Shown: positions 17,994 through 26,477 of the stretch, one piece after another
Layout of the letters: every line of letters begins with the position of its first letter
Numbering within the stretch: position 1 is the stretch's first letter
Assembly: GCA_964644565.1 (NCBI GenBank)
Contig: CAZXWO010000001.1
Span: forward strand, 57,727-121,726
Source: an uncultured Thermoplasmata archaeon
GTDB taxonomy: Archaea; Thermoplasmatota; Thermoplasmata; UBA10834
Direction: 5' to 3'
DNA length: 64,000 nucleotides
Program-made: the position numbers and the translations under genes
Notes under the pieces: generated by a model
The model's database searches: none
Seen by the model: only the letters and a program-made list of their open reading frames with translations
What the model was told of the DNA's origin: nothing

Positions 17994-19112
17994 ATGAGGA
18001 CGGAATCGGTCAAGTTCTTGGAAGAGCTCACGAACTGCTTCGGCCCATCTGGGTTCGAGAAGGTCCCTGCGAGGATCGTGAAGGAGTACGTGTCGAGGTA
18101 CAGCGACTCGACGAGCACCGACAAGCTCGGCTCGTTCCTGTTCACCAAGAGGGGCAGCGCGGACAAGCCCGTGATACTCATGCCCGGGCACATCGACGAG
18201 GTCGGGTTCATCGTGTCGTCGGTGAACAAGAACGGCTTCCTGACGTTCCACCCGCTGGGCGGGTGGTTCGACCAGGTGCTGCTGGGGCAGAGGGTCAAGG
18301 TCAGGACCGTGAAGGGGATAGTGCCAGGCATAATCGCGGCCAAACCCCCGCACCTGCTCCCCCCTGAGGAGCGGACCAAGGTCGTCACCAAGGACAAGAT
18401 GTTCATCGACATAGGCGCCTCCAACGAGGACGAGGCCAAGGAGATGGGCGTCAGGATAGGCAACCCGATCATCCCCGACTCGTGCTTCTCGACGATGCAG
18501 AAGAGGGTCTTCAAGGATGGCAAGAGGAAGGGCACGGACACGATCGCCGTCGGGAAGGCCTTCGACGACAGGATCGGGACGTTCATCGCCGCCGAGGTCG
18601 TGAGGATACTGAAGGAGGAGAAGATCAAGCACCCGAACACGGTCGTAGGCGCGGCGACGACACAGGAGGAGGTGGGACTGAGGGGCGCGAGGACCACGGC
18701 CCACGTCGTCAACCCGGACGTCTGCCTCACGCTCGAGGTCGACATCGCGGGGGACGTGCCCGGCATCGAGGCCAGCGAGGCGCCGACGAAGATGGGGTAC
18801 GGCCCGTCCATCACCACCTACGACTCGTCGATGATACCCAACCAGGAGCTGCTCGAGTTCGTCCTAGACGTGGCGAAGAAGTCGAAGATACCCTACCAGC
18901 TCTCGCAGATCGCCAGGGGCGGGACGGACGCGGGCATCATACACATCTCCAACGCAGGGTGCCCGAGCCTGGTGGTCGGGATACCCACGAGGCACATACA
19001 CGCCCACGCGGGCCTGCTCAGCATGACCGACACAGAGAACGCGATCAAGCTCCTGGTCGAGGTCGTCAAGAGGCTCGACAAGAAGACCGCGGACAGCTTC
19101 ACGGCCATCTGA
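17994..19112 (+). CDS. M42 family metallo-aminopeptidase (TET-like)
   Basis: GHIDEVG, KAFDDRIG, TQEEVGLRGA, GGTDAG, PTRHIH. Confidence 0.93.
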   Translation: MRTESVKFLEELTNCFGPSGFEKVPARIVKEYVSRYSDSTSTDKLGSFLFTKRGSADKPVILMPGHIDEVGFIVSSVNKNGFLTFHPLGGWFDQVLLGQRVKVRTVKGIVPGIIAAKPPHLLPPEERTKVVTKDKMFIDIGASNEDEAKEMGVRIGNPIIPDSCFSTMQKRVFKDGKRKGTDTIAVGKAFDDRIGTFIAAEVVRILKEEKIKHPNTVVGAATTQEEVGLRGARTTAHVVNPDVCLTLEVDIAGDVPGIEASEAPTKMGYGPSITTYDSSMIPNQELLEFVLDVAKKSKIPYQLSQIARGGTDAGIIHISNAGCPSLVVGIPTRHIHAHAGLLSMTDTENAIKLLVEVVKRLDKKTADSFTAI

Positions 19113-19121
19113 GGCGCAGGG

Positions 19122-19715
19122 GTGCACCGAGCGATGGACGGAGCCCTCGACCCCGCCCTCCGCAAGGAGCTCGGGGAGGCCAAGGCGGCGCTGGCCCGGC
19201 ACGGGATAGTCATAATGAGGGGCGTGGAGAACGAGCTCGAGCCGGCCGTCATGGTCGCCGTCAGGGACTCCCTCGCGTCCTCTCCAGGAAAGCTCAGGGC
19301 CATGAGCGACGACGACCTCGACGCGTTCATGGGGAGGGTGAGGAAGGCCGCGACCAAGTCCGCCAAGGACCTCTCGGAGCTGCACACGCACCTCCTGGCG
19401 AAGCTCGGCACCGAGTACATAGGCGACCTCGTCAAGGAGCTCGACGGCGTAGACCAGCTGTTCAGGTGGGAGAGGGTCGCCAAGGCGGCGGCGCCTGTGG
19501 ACGTCCTCCTAGAGGAGAAGGGGTTCAGGCCGGTCTCCATGTCCGGGCCGCGCGACGTCTCCGACTCGTTCGCGGTGGAGCTCGAGGAGAAGTGGCCCGC
19601 CGCCTTCAAGCGGTTCAAGGGCCTCGCCGAGGAGGCGTCGAAGAGGCTGGGGGAGGAGGCGACCGCCCCCAAGGGCGCGGGCAAAGGGCCCAAGAAGAAG
19701 GCCAGGAAGAGGTGA
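19122..19715 (+). CDS. Hypothetical alpha-helical protein with a basic C-terminal tail
   Basis: Host-like codon usage; fills the gap between the M42 peptidase and dcd; no motif recognised. Confidence 0.7.
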   Translation: MHRAMDGALDPALRKELGEAKAALARHGIVIMRGVENELEPAVMVAVRDSLASSPGKLRAMSDDDLDAFMGRVRKAATKSAKDLSELHTHLLAKLGTEYIGDLVKELDGVDQLFRWERVAKAAAPVDVLLEEKGFRPVSMSGPRDVSDSFAVELEEKWPAAFKRFKGLAEEASKRLGEEATAPKGAGKGPKKKARKR

Positions 19716-19719
19716 CGGG

Positions 19720-20229
19720 ATGGCTGTGCTCTCCGACGGCGACATATTGGCCAGGCTCGAGTCCGGCTCCCTCAGGATCGGCGCCTTCACCGAGGAGAAC
19801 CTGACCCCCAACGGCTACGACGTCACGGCATGCGAGGTCTGGGTCCCCTCCTCGGACTCCAGGACGAAGGAGGGGGTCGCGCGCGTGCCCGGGGGCGCAT
19901 GGTTCACCGTCGGCACCTCGGAGTACCTCGAACTGCCCCCCGACCTGGTGGGCGAGATATGGATCAGGACGAGCTGGGTGAGGAAAGGGATACTGTCCTC
20001 TTTCGGGAGAATCGATGCCGGTTTCCACGGAAACCTCACCTTTTCCGCAATCAACGCTTCTCAGTCGCCCGTGGACATAGCGATAGGCGACCGGTTCGCG
20101 CAGGTCGTGTTCGAGGAGCTGTCGTCCCGGCCCCTGAAGACCTACAGCGAGAGGTCGGGGAACTACCACGGGCAGAGGGGGATCACCCTCGAACCTGTGC
20201 GTCAGAGGAAGGACAGGTCGAACGCGTAG
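19720..20229 (+). CDS. dcd: dCTP deaminase / trimeric dUTPase family
   Basis: TPNGYDV, IRTSWVRKG, GRIDAGFHGNLT, YHGQRGIT. Confidence 0.88.
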   Translation: MAVLSDGDILARLESGSLRIGAFTEENLTPNGYDVTACEVWVPSSDSRTKEGVARVPGGAWFTVGTSEYLELPPDLVGEIWIRTSWVRKGILSSFGRIDAGFHGNLTFSAINASQSPVDIAIGDRFAQVVFEELSSRPLKTYSERSGNYHGQRGITLEPVRQRKDRSNA

Positions 20230-21206
20230 AAGCTCATCGTCGGGCTGTAGCTCTTGACCTTGCGGCGGCCGAGCTCCTTCATGACCCGGCCCCTCCTCAC
20301 GGCCTCGTCGGCGATCATCCCGAACCTCGCGTCCAGCTCCGAGTCCTCCATGATCTCGTAGAAGTGGACGACGCCCCCCGGCCTGAGGGCGCCTATGGCC
20401 TCGGGCAGAAAGTCCCTCGCGTTGTGGGGGAGGTTCATGATTATCCTGTCCGCCGGGCCGAGCTTCGGGACCTCCTCCCTGGCGTCGCCGAGCACGGGTA
20501 TCACCGTCGTCACCTTGTTGAGGGCTATGTTCTCACGCATGTACCTGATGGCCTCCGGGTTCGTGTCCACGGCGTACACGGCCTTGGGCTGCCTCGTCCT
20601 TGCGATCATTATGGAGAAGGGGCCTATGCCGGCGAACATGTCGACCACGACCTCGCCCGGCTGGACCTGCCTCGCGACCGTGTCGCGCTCGGTCGCCAGC
20701 CTCGGGGAGAAGAACACGTTCCTGACGTCCATCTTGAAGACCAGGCCGTACTCCCTGTGGGTCGTCTCGGTCGTGTCGTCGCCTGCGACCACCCTGAGGT
20801 CGCGGGTCCTGTACTCCTCCTTCACGCCCGAGTCCACGCATACCGTCCTCACCGCGCTCTGGACGGTCATTATGGCCTTGCCGATCTGCCCAGCGTAGGG
20901 GAGGACCTCCTCGCTCATCTTGACGAGGGCGACAGAGCCCAGGACGTCGTAGGACGACGGCAGCTTGGACCTCAGGCCGTCGGGCACGTCCACCAGTAGC
21001 CTGTAGTCCTTCACCTGCTCCTGGAGTTCGTCGAAGGACATCGTCTCAATCGGGTAGCACAGGTCCACCCTCTGCGTGATCGGGAGGTAGACGCTCTTCG
21101 CGTCCGACCTGACCTGGAGCCCCTTCCTGAGGATGCCCTTCTCGAGCAGCCTCTTCCGGACGGGCTCGGCCTTCTTCTTCGGGACCACCACACAGAGAGA
21201 GTCCAT
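20202..21206 (-). CDS. trm5: Trm5/Met-10+ family tRNA methyltransferase
   Basis: SSYDVLGSVA, FFSPRLATER, DMFAGIGPFS, DRIIMNLP; convergent 28-nt overlap with dcd. Confidence 0.85.
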   Translation of the reverse strand: MDSLCVVVPKKKAEPVRKRLLEKGILRKGLQVRSDAKSVYLPITQRVDLCYPIETMSFDELQEQVKDYRLLVDVPDGLRSKLPSSYDVLGSVALVKMSEEVLPYAGQIGKAIMTVQSAVRTVCVDSGVKEEYRTRDLRVVAGDDTTETTHREYGLVFKMDVRNVFFSPRLATERDTVARQVQPGEVVVDMFAGIGPFSIMIARTRQPKAVYAVDTNPEAIRYMRENIALNKVTTVIPVLGDAREEVPKLGPADRIIMNLPHNARDFLPEAIGALRPGGVVHFYEIMEDSELDARFGMIADEAVRRGRVMKELGRRKVKSYSPTMSFYAFDLSFL

Positions 21207-21300
21207 CGGGGCCTAATCGCAGTCCTCGATAGATAACCCAATCGGACGGCAGCGCTGTCGCTGGGGGCGACGATGGATGTTGCCCACGAGGGCCCGGGTG

Positions 21301-22698
21301 TCACTCCCAGTCGTCCTTCCGGAGCGGCAGCCCCAGGTCGGACATCTTCCTCTTGTAGTCCCTCACGACCCTGAGGTACTCCTTGCACGGGCGCCTGCGC
21401 TCCGGGTCCCAGACTTCGTAGAGCGTCTTGCCCAGCGGCGGGTCCGCGAGCCTCTTCTCGTAGGACTGCACCAGCTTGAGCACCATCTGGTTGGCGTCGG
21501 CGAGGCCCATCCCCGCGACCGCGTGCCCAACCTCCGCGGATATCCTGGGCTCCACGGGCGTGGTCCTGTCCTCCTCCTTGTTCGACGCGACGCCTAGCGA
21601 CTCTATGTGCATCCCGGCCGTGACGGCCGCCGTGACGGAGGCGGTCGTCTCGTAGAGGCACATCGGCGTGCTCGGCCCCGCGGAGGTGTAGTTGAGGTTC
21701 ACGGTCAGCAGGTGGGTGTTCCTAGACACCGCCTGGCCCGTGACGCTGATCAGCCACAACAGCTCCCTGCAGCTGCTCGACACGTACCTCAGGTGCAGCG
21801 GGAACGGGAGAAGCCAGCTCGACTGGTAGGTCAGGACGCCCATCATGTGGTGGGCCACGTTGGAGACGGTGGTCCCCTCCGGCCCGCCCGCGTACCCGCC
21901 CATCATCGGGCCGAAGCACATGCCTATGGCGCCGCCAAGCCCCAGGGCCACCGTGACCTTGTTCAGCCTGGCGAAGTCGACCTTCATGGGGTCCATGCAG
22001 CAGATCATGTACCCGTCCGACTGGCGGAGGCCGTACCTGGGGTGGAGCGCCCCGGCGAGAGCGATGTCAGACTCCGCCGTGGAGAGCGTGTTCATGACGG
22101 GGATGCCCCGCCGGCCGACCCGGTTGCACGCCTCCCTGAACAGCACGGCGTTCCTCTGCGCCCCCAGGACCTCCAGGGGGGACGCGGGCCGTATCCTCAT
22201 CCCCCCGACCCTGGTGAGGGCGGGGGTGGTGATGGCGTTCGTCTCCGGGATCTCGGCGTAGCCCTCGACGAGGGTGAGGAAGGACCTGTCGCTGGAGCAG
22301 GCGCCGCCGCCCGCGCCGAGCAGGCACCAGGGCGGGGACTTGTCCCCCACGGACCGGGTCTTCATCAGCTTCCGGTCCATGCCCTCGCCGAACCACAGCT
22401 CGTTCGGGGCGAACTTGAGGGCGTTGCGCACCTCCGCCTCCGTGTACGATATCACCCTGTTAGTGTTCGTGCAGTAAGCGCCCACGTCCACGACCAGGTC
22501 GAAGGCGGCCTTGAACACGTCGTCCGCGAGCGACGGGTCGTCTGGGATGGGCGTCGATGGGTCGAACTTGATGTCGTACTCCTTCACCTTCTCCTGGACC
22601 TTGCTGGCGAAGAGCCTCAGCTGGTAGTCGGACTCGCTCATCGGCTTGCCCTCGAGGGCCTTCTGCATGACATCCAGTATCTGGACCATGTGTGTCAC
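21301..22698 (-). CDS. mtmB: Monomethylamine:corrinoid methyltransferase (MtmB) family protein, pyrrolysine-free
   Basis: Colinear with MtmB as I recall it (YCTNTNRVISYTE, RSVGDK, SPLEVL, GGYAGGPE, AGPSTPMCLYE); uninterrupted 465-aa frame with no in-frame TAG. Confidence 0.88.
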   Translation of the reverse strand: MTHMVQILDVMQKALEGKPMSESDYQLRLFASKVQEKVKEYDIKFDPSTPIPDDPSLADDVFKAAFDLVVDVGAYCTNTNRVISYTEAEVRNALKFAPNELWFGEGMDRKLMKTRSVGDKSPPWCLLGAGGGACSSDRSFLTLVEGYAEIPETNAITTPALTRVGGMRIRPASPLEVLGAQRNAVLFREACNRVGRRGIPVMNTLSTAESDIALAGALHPRYGLRQSDGYMICCMDPMKVDFARLNKVTVALGLGGAIGMCFGPMMGGYAGGPEGTTVSNVAHHMMGVLTYQSSWLLPFPLHLRYVSSSCRELLWLISVTGQAVSRNTHLLTVNLNYTSAGPSTPMCLYETTASVTAAVTAGMHIESLGVASNKEEDRTTPVEPRISAEVGHAVAGMGLADANQMVLKLVQSYEKRLADPPLGKTLYEVWDPERRRPCKEYLRVVRDYKRKMSDLGLPLRKDDWE

Positions 22699-23342
22699 CG
22701 CCCCTTGGCGAACTTGTTGGCGAGCTTCACCGCGGAGACCGCGTCCTTGCCCCAGCCGTCCGCCCCTATCTCCTTCGCCCAGTCCTGCGTGGTCGGGCCG
22801 CCCCCGACGAGGAACGCGCGCTTCCGCCTCTCCCCCGAGGCGCTCAGGTAGTCGACGATGTCCTTCTGAGAGCCTATCGTGCTGGACATCAGCGCCGACG
22901 CGCCTATGACTTTGGCGTTCCTCGACTTCGCCTCGTCCACGAACACGGAGGTCTTGACGTTCACGCCGAGGTCCACGACGCTGAACCCTCCTGCCATCAG
23001 CAGGCTCGCGACGATGTTCTTGCCGATCTCGTGCACGTCCCCCTGGACCGTGCCTATGACGACGGTCGCCTTGGAGGTCTTCTGCCCCTTCGGCACGAGT
23101 GGCAGGAGCAGGTCGAGCGCCGACTTCATAGCGTCGCCCGCGAGCATGAGTTCGGGGAGGTAGAGCTCCATCCTCTCGAACTTCTCACCGACCTGCTCGA
23201 TGGCAGGCACCAGACCCTTCTCAATGGCCTGCAAAGGGTCCACCTTGGCCTGGATGGCCGCCTTCGCAGCAGACACAGCGGCTGCGGAATCGCACTTCAG
23301 TATCGAGTCCTGCAACTGCTTCAGCACCTTGTCAGCGCTCAC
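22695..23342 (-). CDS. Methyltransferase cognate corrinoid protein (MtmC/MtbC-like)
   Basis: B12-binding GDVHEIGKNIV, YLPELMLAG, GASALM, VGGGP; GTG 23342 after AAGGAGGGA. Confidence 0.93.
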   Translation of the reverse strand: MSADKVLKQLQDSILKCDSAAAVSAAKAAIQAKVDPLQAIEKGLVPAIEQVGEKFERMELYLPELMLAGDAMKSALDLLLPLVPKGQKTSKATVVIGTVQGDVHEIGKNIVASLLMAGGFSVVDLGVNVKTSVFVDEAKSRNAKVIGASALMSSTIGSQKDIVDYLSASGERRKRAFLVGGGPTTQDWAKEIGADGWGKDAVSAVKLANKFAKGR

Positions 23343-23515
23343 AGATATCTCCCTCCTTGAGACGAATGGCCGCTCCCCACGGGCGGCGAACAGTCCCCGG
23401 AGGGGCAATGGTCTAGGCATTTAAGACGCTATTCAGGAACGCTTAAGATGCTTTGCCATGGGGCAGGGCGGGAAACTCAGAAAAGTAAATCAACGATGGA
23501 GGGATTCGATAGGCC

Positions 23516-24307
23516 GTGACCGCCGAGGAGGGGGAGCGCGGGAGCCTGGTTTTCGTCGGGCTCGGACTGGACGACGAGCGGGGGATGACCCTGAGGGGCC
23601 TCCAGGAGGCGAAGGCCGCCGACCTCGTCTTCGCCGAGTTCTACACCTCCGCGCTCCGGCAGGGGTCGATCGAGCGCCTCGAGGCCGTGCTCGGCAAGCC
23701 CATCAAGGTGCTGGGCAGGCGGGACGTCGAGGACGCACAGGTGATCCTGGACGCCTGCAGGGGGAACAAGGTCGTGCTCCTGGTGGCAGGGGACCCGATG
23801 GCCGCGACCACGCACGTGGACCTCAGGATCCGGGCGCACTCCGCAGGGGCCAGCACGTCCGTCATCCACGGCCCGTCCGTGTTCACGTCCGCCGCCGGGC
23901 TGCTTGGGCTCCAGCACTACAAGTTCGGCAGGACGACCACGCTGCCCTTCCCCCAGGAGGGGTACTCTCCCACTAGCCCGTACGACGTCGTGTGCGAGAA
24001 CGTGTCCAGGCGCCTGCATACTCTCGTCCTCCTGGACATAGACGCCGAGAACTCCCGATACATGACCGCGAACGAGGGGCTGCGCCTCCTCATGGAGATG
24101 GAGAAGAGGGTCGGCCGCGGGGTCCTCACCGGCGACACCGTGGTGGCAGTCGTCGCGAGGGCCGGTTCCGACGACGCGGTCGTGAGGGCCGGCCCGCTGT
24201 CCAAGCTCGTCGACACGGAGTTCGGGCCACCGCTGCACTCCATCGTGGTCCCAGGCAAGCTGCACTTCATGGAGGAAGAGGCCCTGAAGACGTTCGCAGG
24301 GCTCTGA
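23516..24307 (+). CDS. dph5: Diphthine synthase
   Basis: VGLGL, AEFYTS, GDPMAATTH, YKFGRTTT, HTLVLLDI, GPPLHSIVVPGKLHFME. Confidence 0.96.
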   Translation: MTAEEGERGSLVFVGLGLDDERGMTLRGLQEAKAADLVFAEFYTSALRQGSIERLEAVLGKPIKVLGRRDVEDAQVILDACRGNKVVLLVAGDPMAATTHVDLRIRAHSAGASTSVIHGPSVFTSAAGLLGLQHYKFGRTTTLPFPQEGYSPTSPYDVVCENVSRRLHTLVLLDIDAENSRYMTANEGLRLLMEMEKRVGRGVLTGDTVVAVVARAGSDDAVVRAGPLSKLVDTEFGPPLHSIVVPGKLHFMEEEALKTFAGL

Positions 24308-24329
24308 CGGCCTGGGCCGCGCCCTGCGG

Positions 24330-24878
24330 CTAGCCCCGCCCTTCAGACATGGGGAGCACCTCGACCGCGACCTCGTTCCTCCGGAGGAACCCTGGGACGA
24401 ACGGGGGGTTGTACCTCATCAGGAACGGCTCTCCCCTCGGGGCGAGCCCGGACCGCTTGACGGCCGCGAGCAGCGAGGAGTAACGTTCGGCGACCGACCG
24501 CTCGCCCGTGCGGCCGCGGAACCTGATGACCGCGAGCTCCCGGCCCGGGAGGACCTCGATCTCAACCCTGGAATCGACCGGTTCCGGCACTCCGTGAGGG
24601 GGATAGGACGACGGGAGCACGAATGAGAACGACCGGGGACGGGAGACGACCGGCACCGTCATCGGGATCCGCTCGGTCCCTTGCGTCCCGGACACCACCG
24701 GGGCCGTCATCGGGACCTTCTCCCTTCGCCTGTTGCCCCCCGAGATGTAATCCAAGAGGACCCTGAAGGCGTCGTCGTCGCTCATTCCCCTGACAGTGGC
24801 CAGCTGCATGAGCGGGTACCGCCTGATCTCCAGCACGCCCTCCGACCGGAGGACCTCATAAGCCGTAGATTCCACCAT
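24330..24878 (-). CDS. SOUL heme-binding protein
   Basis: AFRVLLDYISGGN, PMTAPV, YNPPFVPGFLRRNEV. Confidence 0.9.
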   Translation of the reverse strand: MVESTAYEVLRSEGVLEIRRYPLMQLATVRGMSDDDAFRVLLDYISGGNRRREKVPMTAPVVSGTQGTERIPMTVPVVSRPRSFSFVLPSSYPPHGVPEPVDSRVEIEVLPGRELAVIRFRGRTGERSVAERYSSLLAAVKRSGLAPRGEPFLMRYNPPFVPGFLRRNEVAVEVLPMSEGRG

Positions 24879-24977
24879 CGGCCGCGCTATTGTCGGTCCG
24901 CACGGATTAAGCGTTCGACGTATGAGACTGGTGCGACACGCCCCCTAGCAGCGGGTCGGTCCTCGAGGGGGGCCTTG

Positions 24978-25178
24978 TCAGGGGGCCGCCATGGTCACCA
25001 CAGCCGACCCGCCTATCAGGTCCGAGCAGTCGTAAGCGGGGTAGTCCTTCCACGCCTCGAGGTGCCCCGAGACGATGCCTGTCGCCCAGGCCTCCAGCGT
25101 CAAGGCGCCCGCGTCCTCCGGGACTGTGAAGGTGAACTCCGCCCCGACACCGCTGGCGCAAGGTTCATGACGCCGCAC
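24978..25178 (-). pseudogene. Possible gene remnant or small protein of about 66 aa
   Basis: Frame reads GVGAEFTFTVPEDAGALTLEAWATGIVSGHLEAWKDYPAYDCSDLIGGSAVVTM with host-like codons, but only a weak GTG start with no RBS. Confidence 0.3.
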
Positions 25179-25202
25179 TCGATGCCCGTCACAGTGATCC
25201 CG

Positions 25203-25706
25203 ATGGAAATCTTGGATGCGATCAAGAGCAGGAGGTCTGTGAGGAACTACTCGGACCGCACGGTCCCCGAGGAAGTGTTGACGAGGATCCTCGAGGCGGG
25301 GAGGATAGCGCCGTCCGCCAACAACCGCCAGCCTTGGCACTTCGTGGTGGTCCAAGACCCCGAGAGGAGGAAGGCCCTCGCCGACGGCAGGTGGGCGGGC
25401 TTCCTCAAGGAGTGCCCCGTCGTCATAGCCGGTTGCGGGGACAAGAAGAGGTCGCCCGAGTGGTACGCGGTCGATGTGACAATCGCCCTGCAGAACATGG
25501 TCACCCAGGCGACCGCAGAGGGAATCGGCACTTGCTGGATAGGCAGCTTCGACGAGGCGACGGTCAAGAAGGCCTTGGACGTGCCGGAGCACTTCTCCGT
25601 CGTCGCGATGCTCGCCGTCGGCTACGCCTCGGAAAAGCCCAAGGCGGAGCGCAAGGCGAGGCCGATGGGTGAGGTCATCAGCAGGGACCGGTTCGGCCCA
25701 GGCTGA
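25203..25706 (+). CDS. Nitroreductase family protein
   Basis: LDAIKSRRSVRNYS, APSANNRQPWHF, GTCWIGSF. Confidence 0.93.
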   Translation: MEILDAIKSRRSVRNYSDRTVPEEVLTRILEAGRIAPSANNRQPWHFVVVQDPERRKALADGRWAGFLKECPVVIAGCGDKKRSPEWYAVDVTIALQNMVTQATAEGIGTCWIGSFDEATVKKALDVPEHFSVVAMLAVGYASEKPKAERKARPMGEVISRDRFGPG

Positions 25707-25712
25707 GAGAGG

Positions 25713-25900
25713 AGCTCAGTCGCACTGTGGAATGAAAATTGGAGTGACCCTCGGCGGCTTTCGCCGCCCGGATTCCCACAGAACCTCATTGCACGACCAG
25801 ATAAAAGCCGGTTGTGGTGCATTGTTGAAACTGTCCGCGGCCCCGCAACGTGGGCGAGGAGCGGACGTGCAGCGGTTCGGAGCTACATTCATATCCCTCC
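25713..25900 (-). ncRNA. Candidate structured RNA resembling an IS200/IS605 right-end (omegaRNA-like) remnant
   Basis: Six helices visible on the minus strand, including GGCGGC-GAAA-GCCGCC followed by GAGGGTCAC; TATATAAC at 25928-25921 could drive it. Confidence 0.4.
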
Positions 25901-25943
25901 TCGACGTGGTAGTTAACACCGTTATATACGGGAGGTGACGGAC

Positions 25944-26438
25944 ATGGAGAGACTCACGAAGGAACAGTACGTGTGGGTGGCCGCCAGATTAGCGCTCGGA
26001 TGGACTTTCCTCTGGGCGTTCCTGGACAAGGCCTTCGGGCTTGGCTATGCGACCCAGACGGAGGACGCCTGGGTCAACGGCGGCTCCCCCACGACCGGGT
26101 TCTTGACCTATGCCACGAACGGGCCGCTGAGCGGACTCTACGAGGGGCTGGCGGGGAACGCCGCGGTCGACGCGGTGTTCATGGCCGCGCTCCTGCTGCT
26201 GGGGGCCGCCCTCATACTGGGCGTCGCAAACAGGGTTGCGGGATACGGGGGTGCGCTGCTGATGCTCCTGATGTGGGCGTCCAGGCTGCCCCCCGAGAAC
26301 AACCCGGTGATAGACGACCACATAGTCTACCTGATAGTGCTGCTCGGGATCTCGGTCGTCCTGCCGGGCAGGTGGCTCGGGCTGGGCAAGTGGTGGTCTG
26401 AACAGCCGCTGGTCAAGCGCTTCCCGATACTGCAGTGA
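25944..26438 (+). CDS. DoxX family membrane protein (DoxD/TQO small-subunit-like)
   Basis: ARLALGWTFLWAFLDK, AWVNGGSPT, NPVIDDHIVY; GGAGGTG before ATG 25944. Confidence 0.88.
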   Translation: MERLTKEQYVWVAARLALGWTFLWAFLDKAFGLGYATQTEDAWVNGGSPTTGFLTYATNGPLSGLYEGLAGNAAVDAVFMAALLLLGAALILGVANRVAGYGGALLMLLMWASRLPPENNPVIDDHIVYLIVLLGISVVLPGRWLGLGKWWSEQPLVKRFPILQ

Positions 26439-26477
26439 CCGGGCGAGACCTCTTCCCGTTCCATCAGAGGCCGCGCC

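Noticed and set aside
20202-20229. Convergent 3' overlaps (dcd/trm5 here; AKR/EamA at 53800-53819)
   Set aside because: Short tail-to-tail overlaps are ordinary in compact archaeal genomes.
21301-22698. Pyrrolysine or selenocysteine recoding in mtmB (and in mttB at 55028-56458)
   Set aside because: Both frames are open with no in-frame TAG or TGA, and no pylT or pyl genes are in the window.
25700-25890. Lysine or TPP riboswitch on the plus strand
   Set aside because: Isolated words match (AGAGGAGC, ACTGTC, CTGAGA, GAACCT) but the helix order and 3' consensus do not, and DoxX is an unlikely target.
25716-25919. 67-aa minus-strand ORF
   Set aside because: Many A/T-ending codons unlike the host, and it coincides with an extensively paired region.
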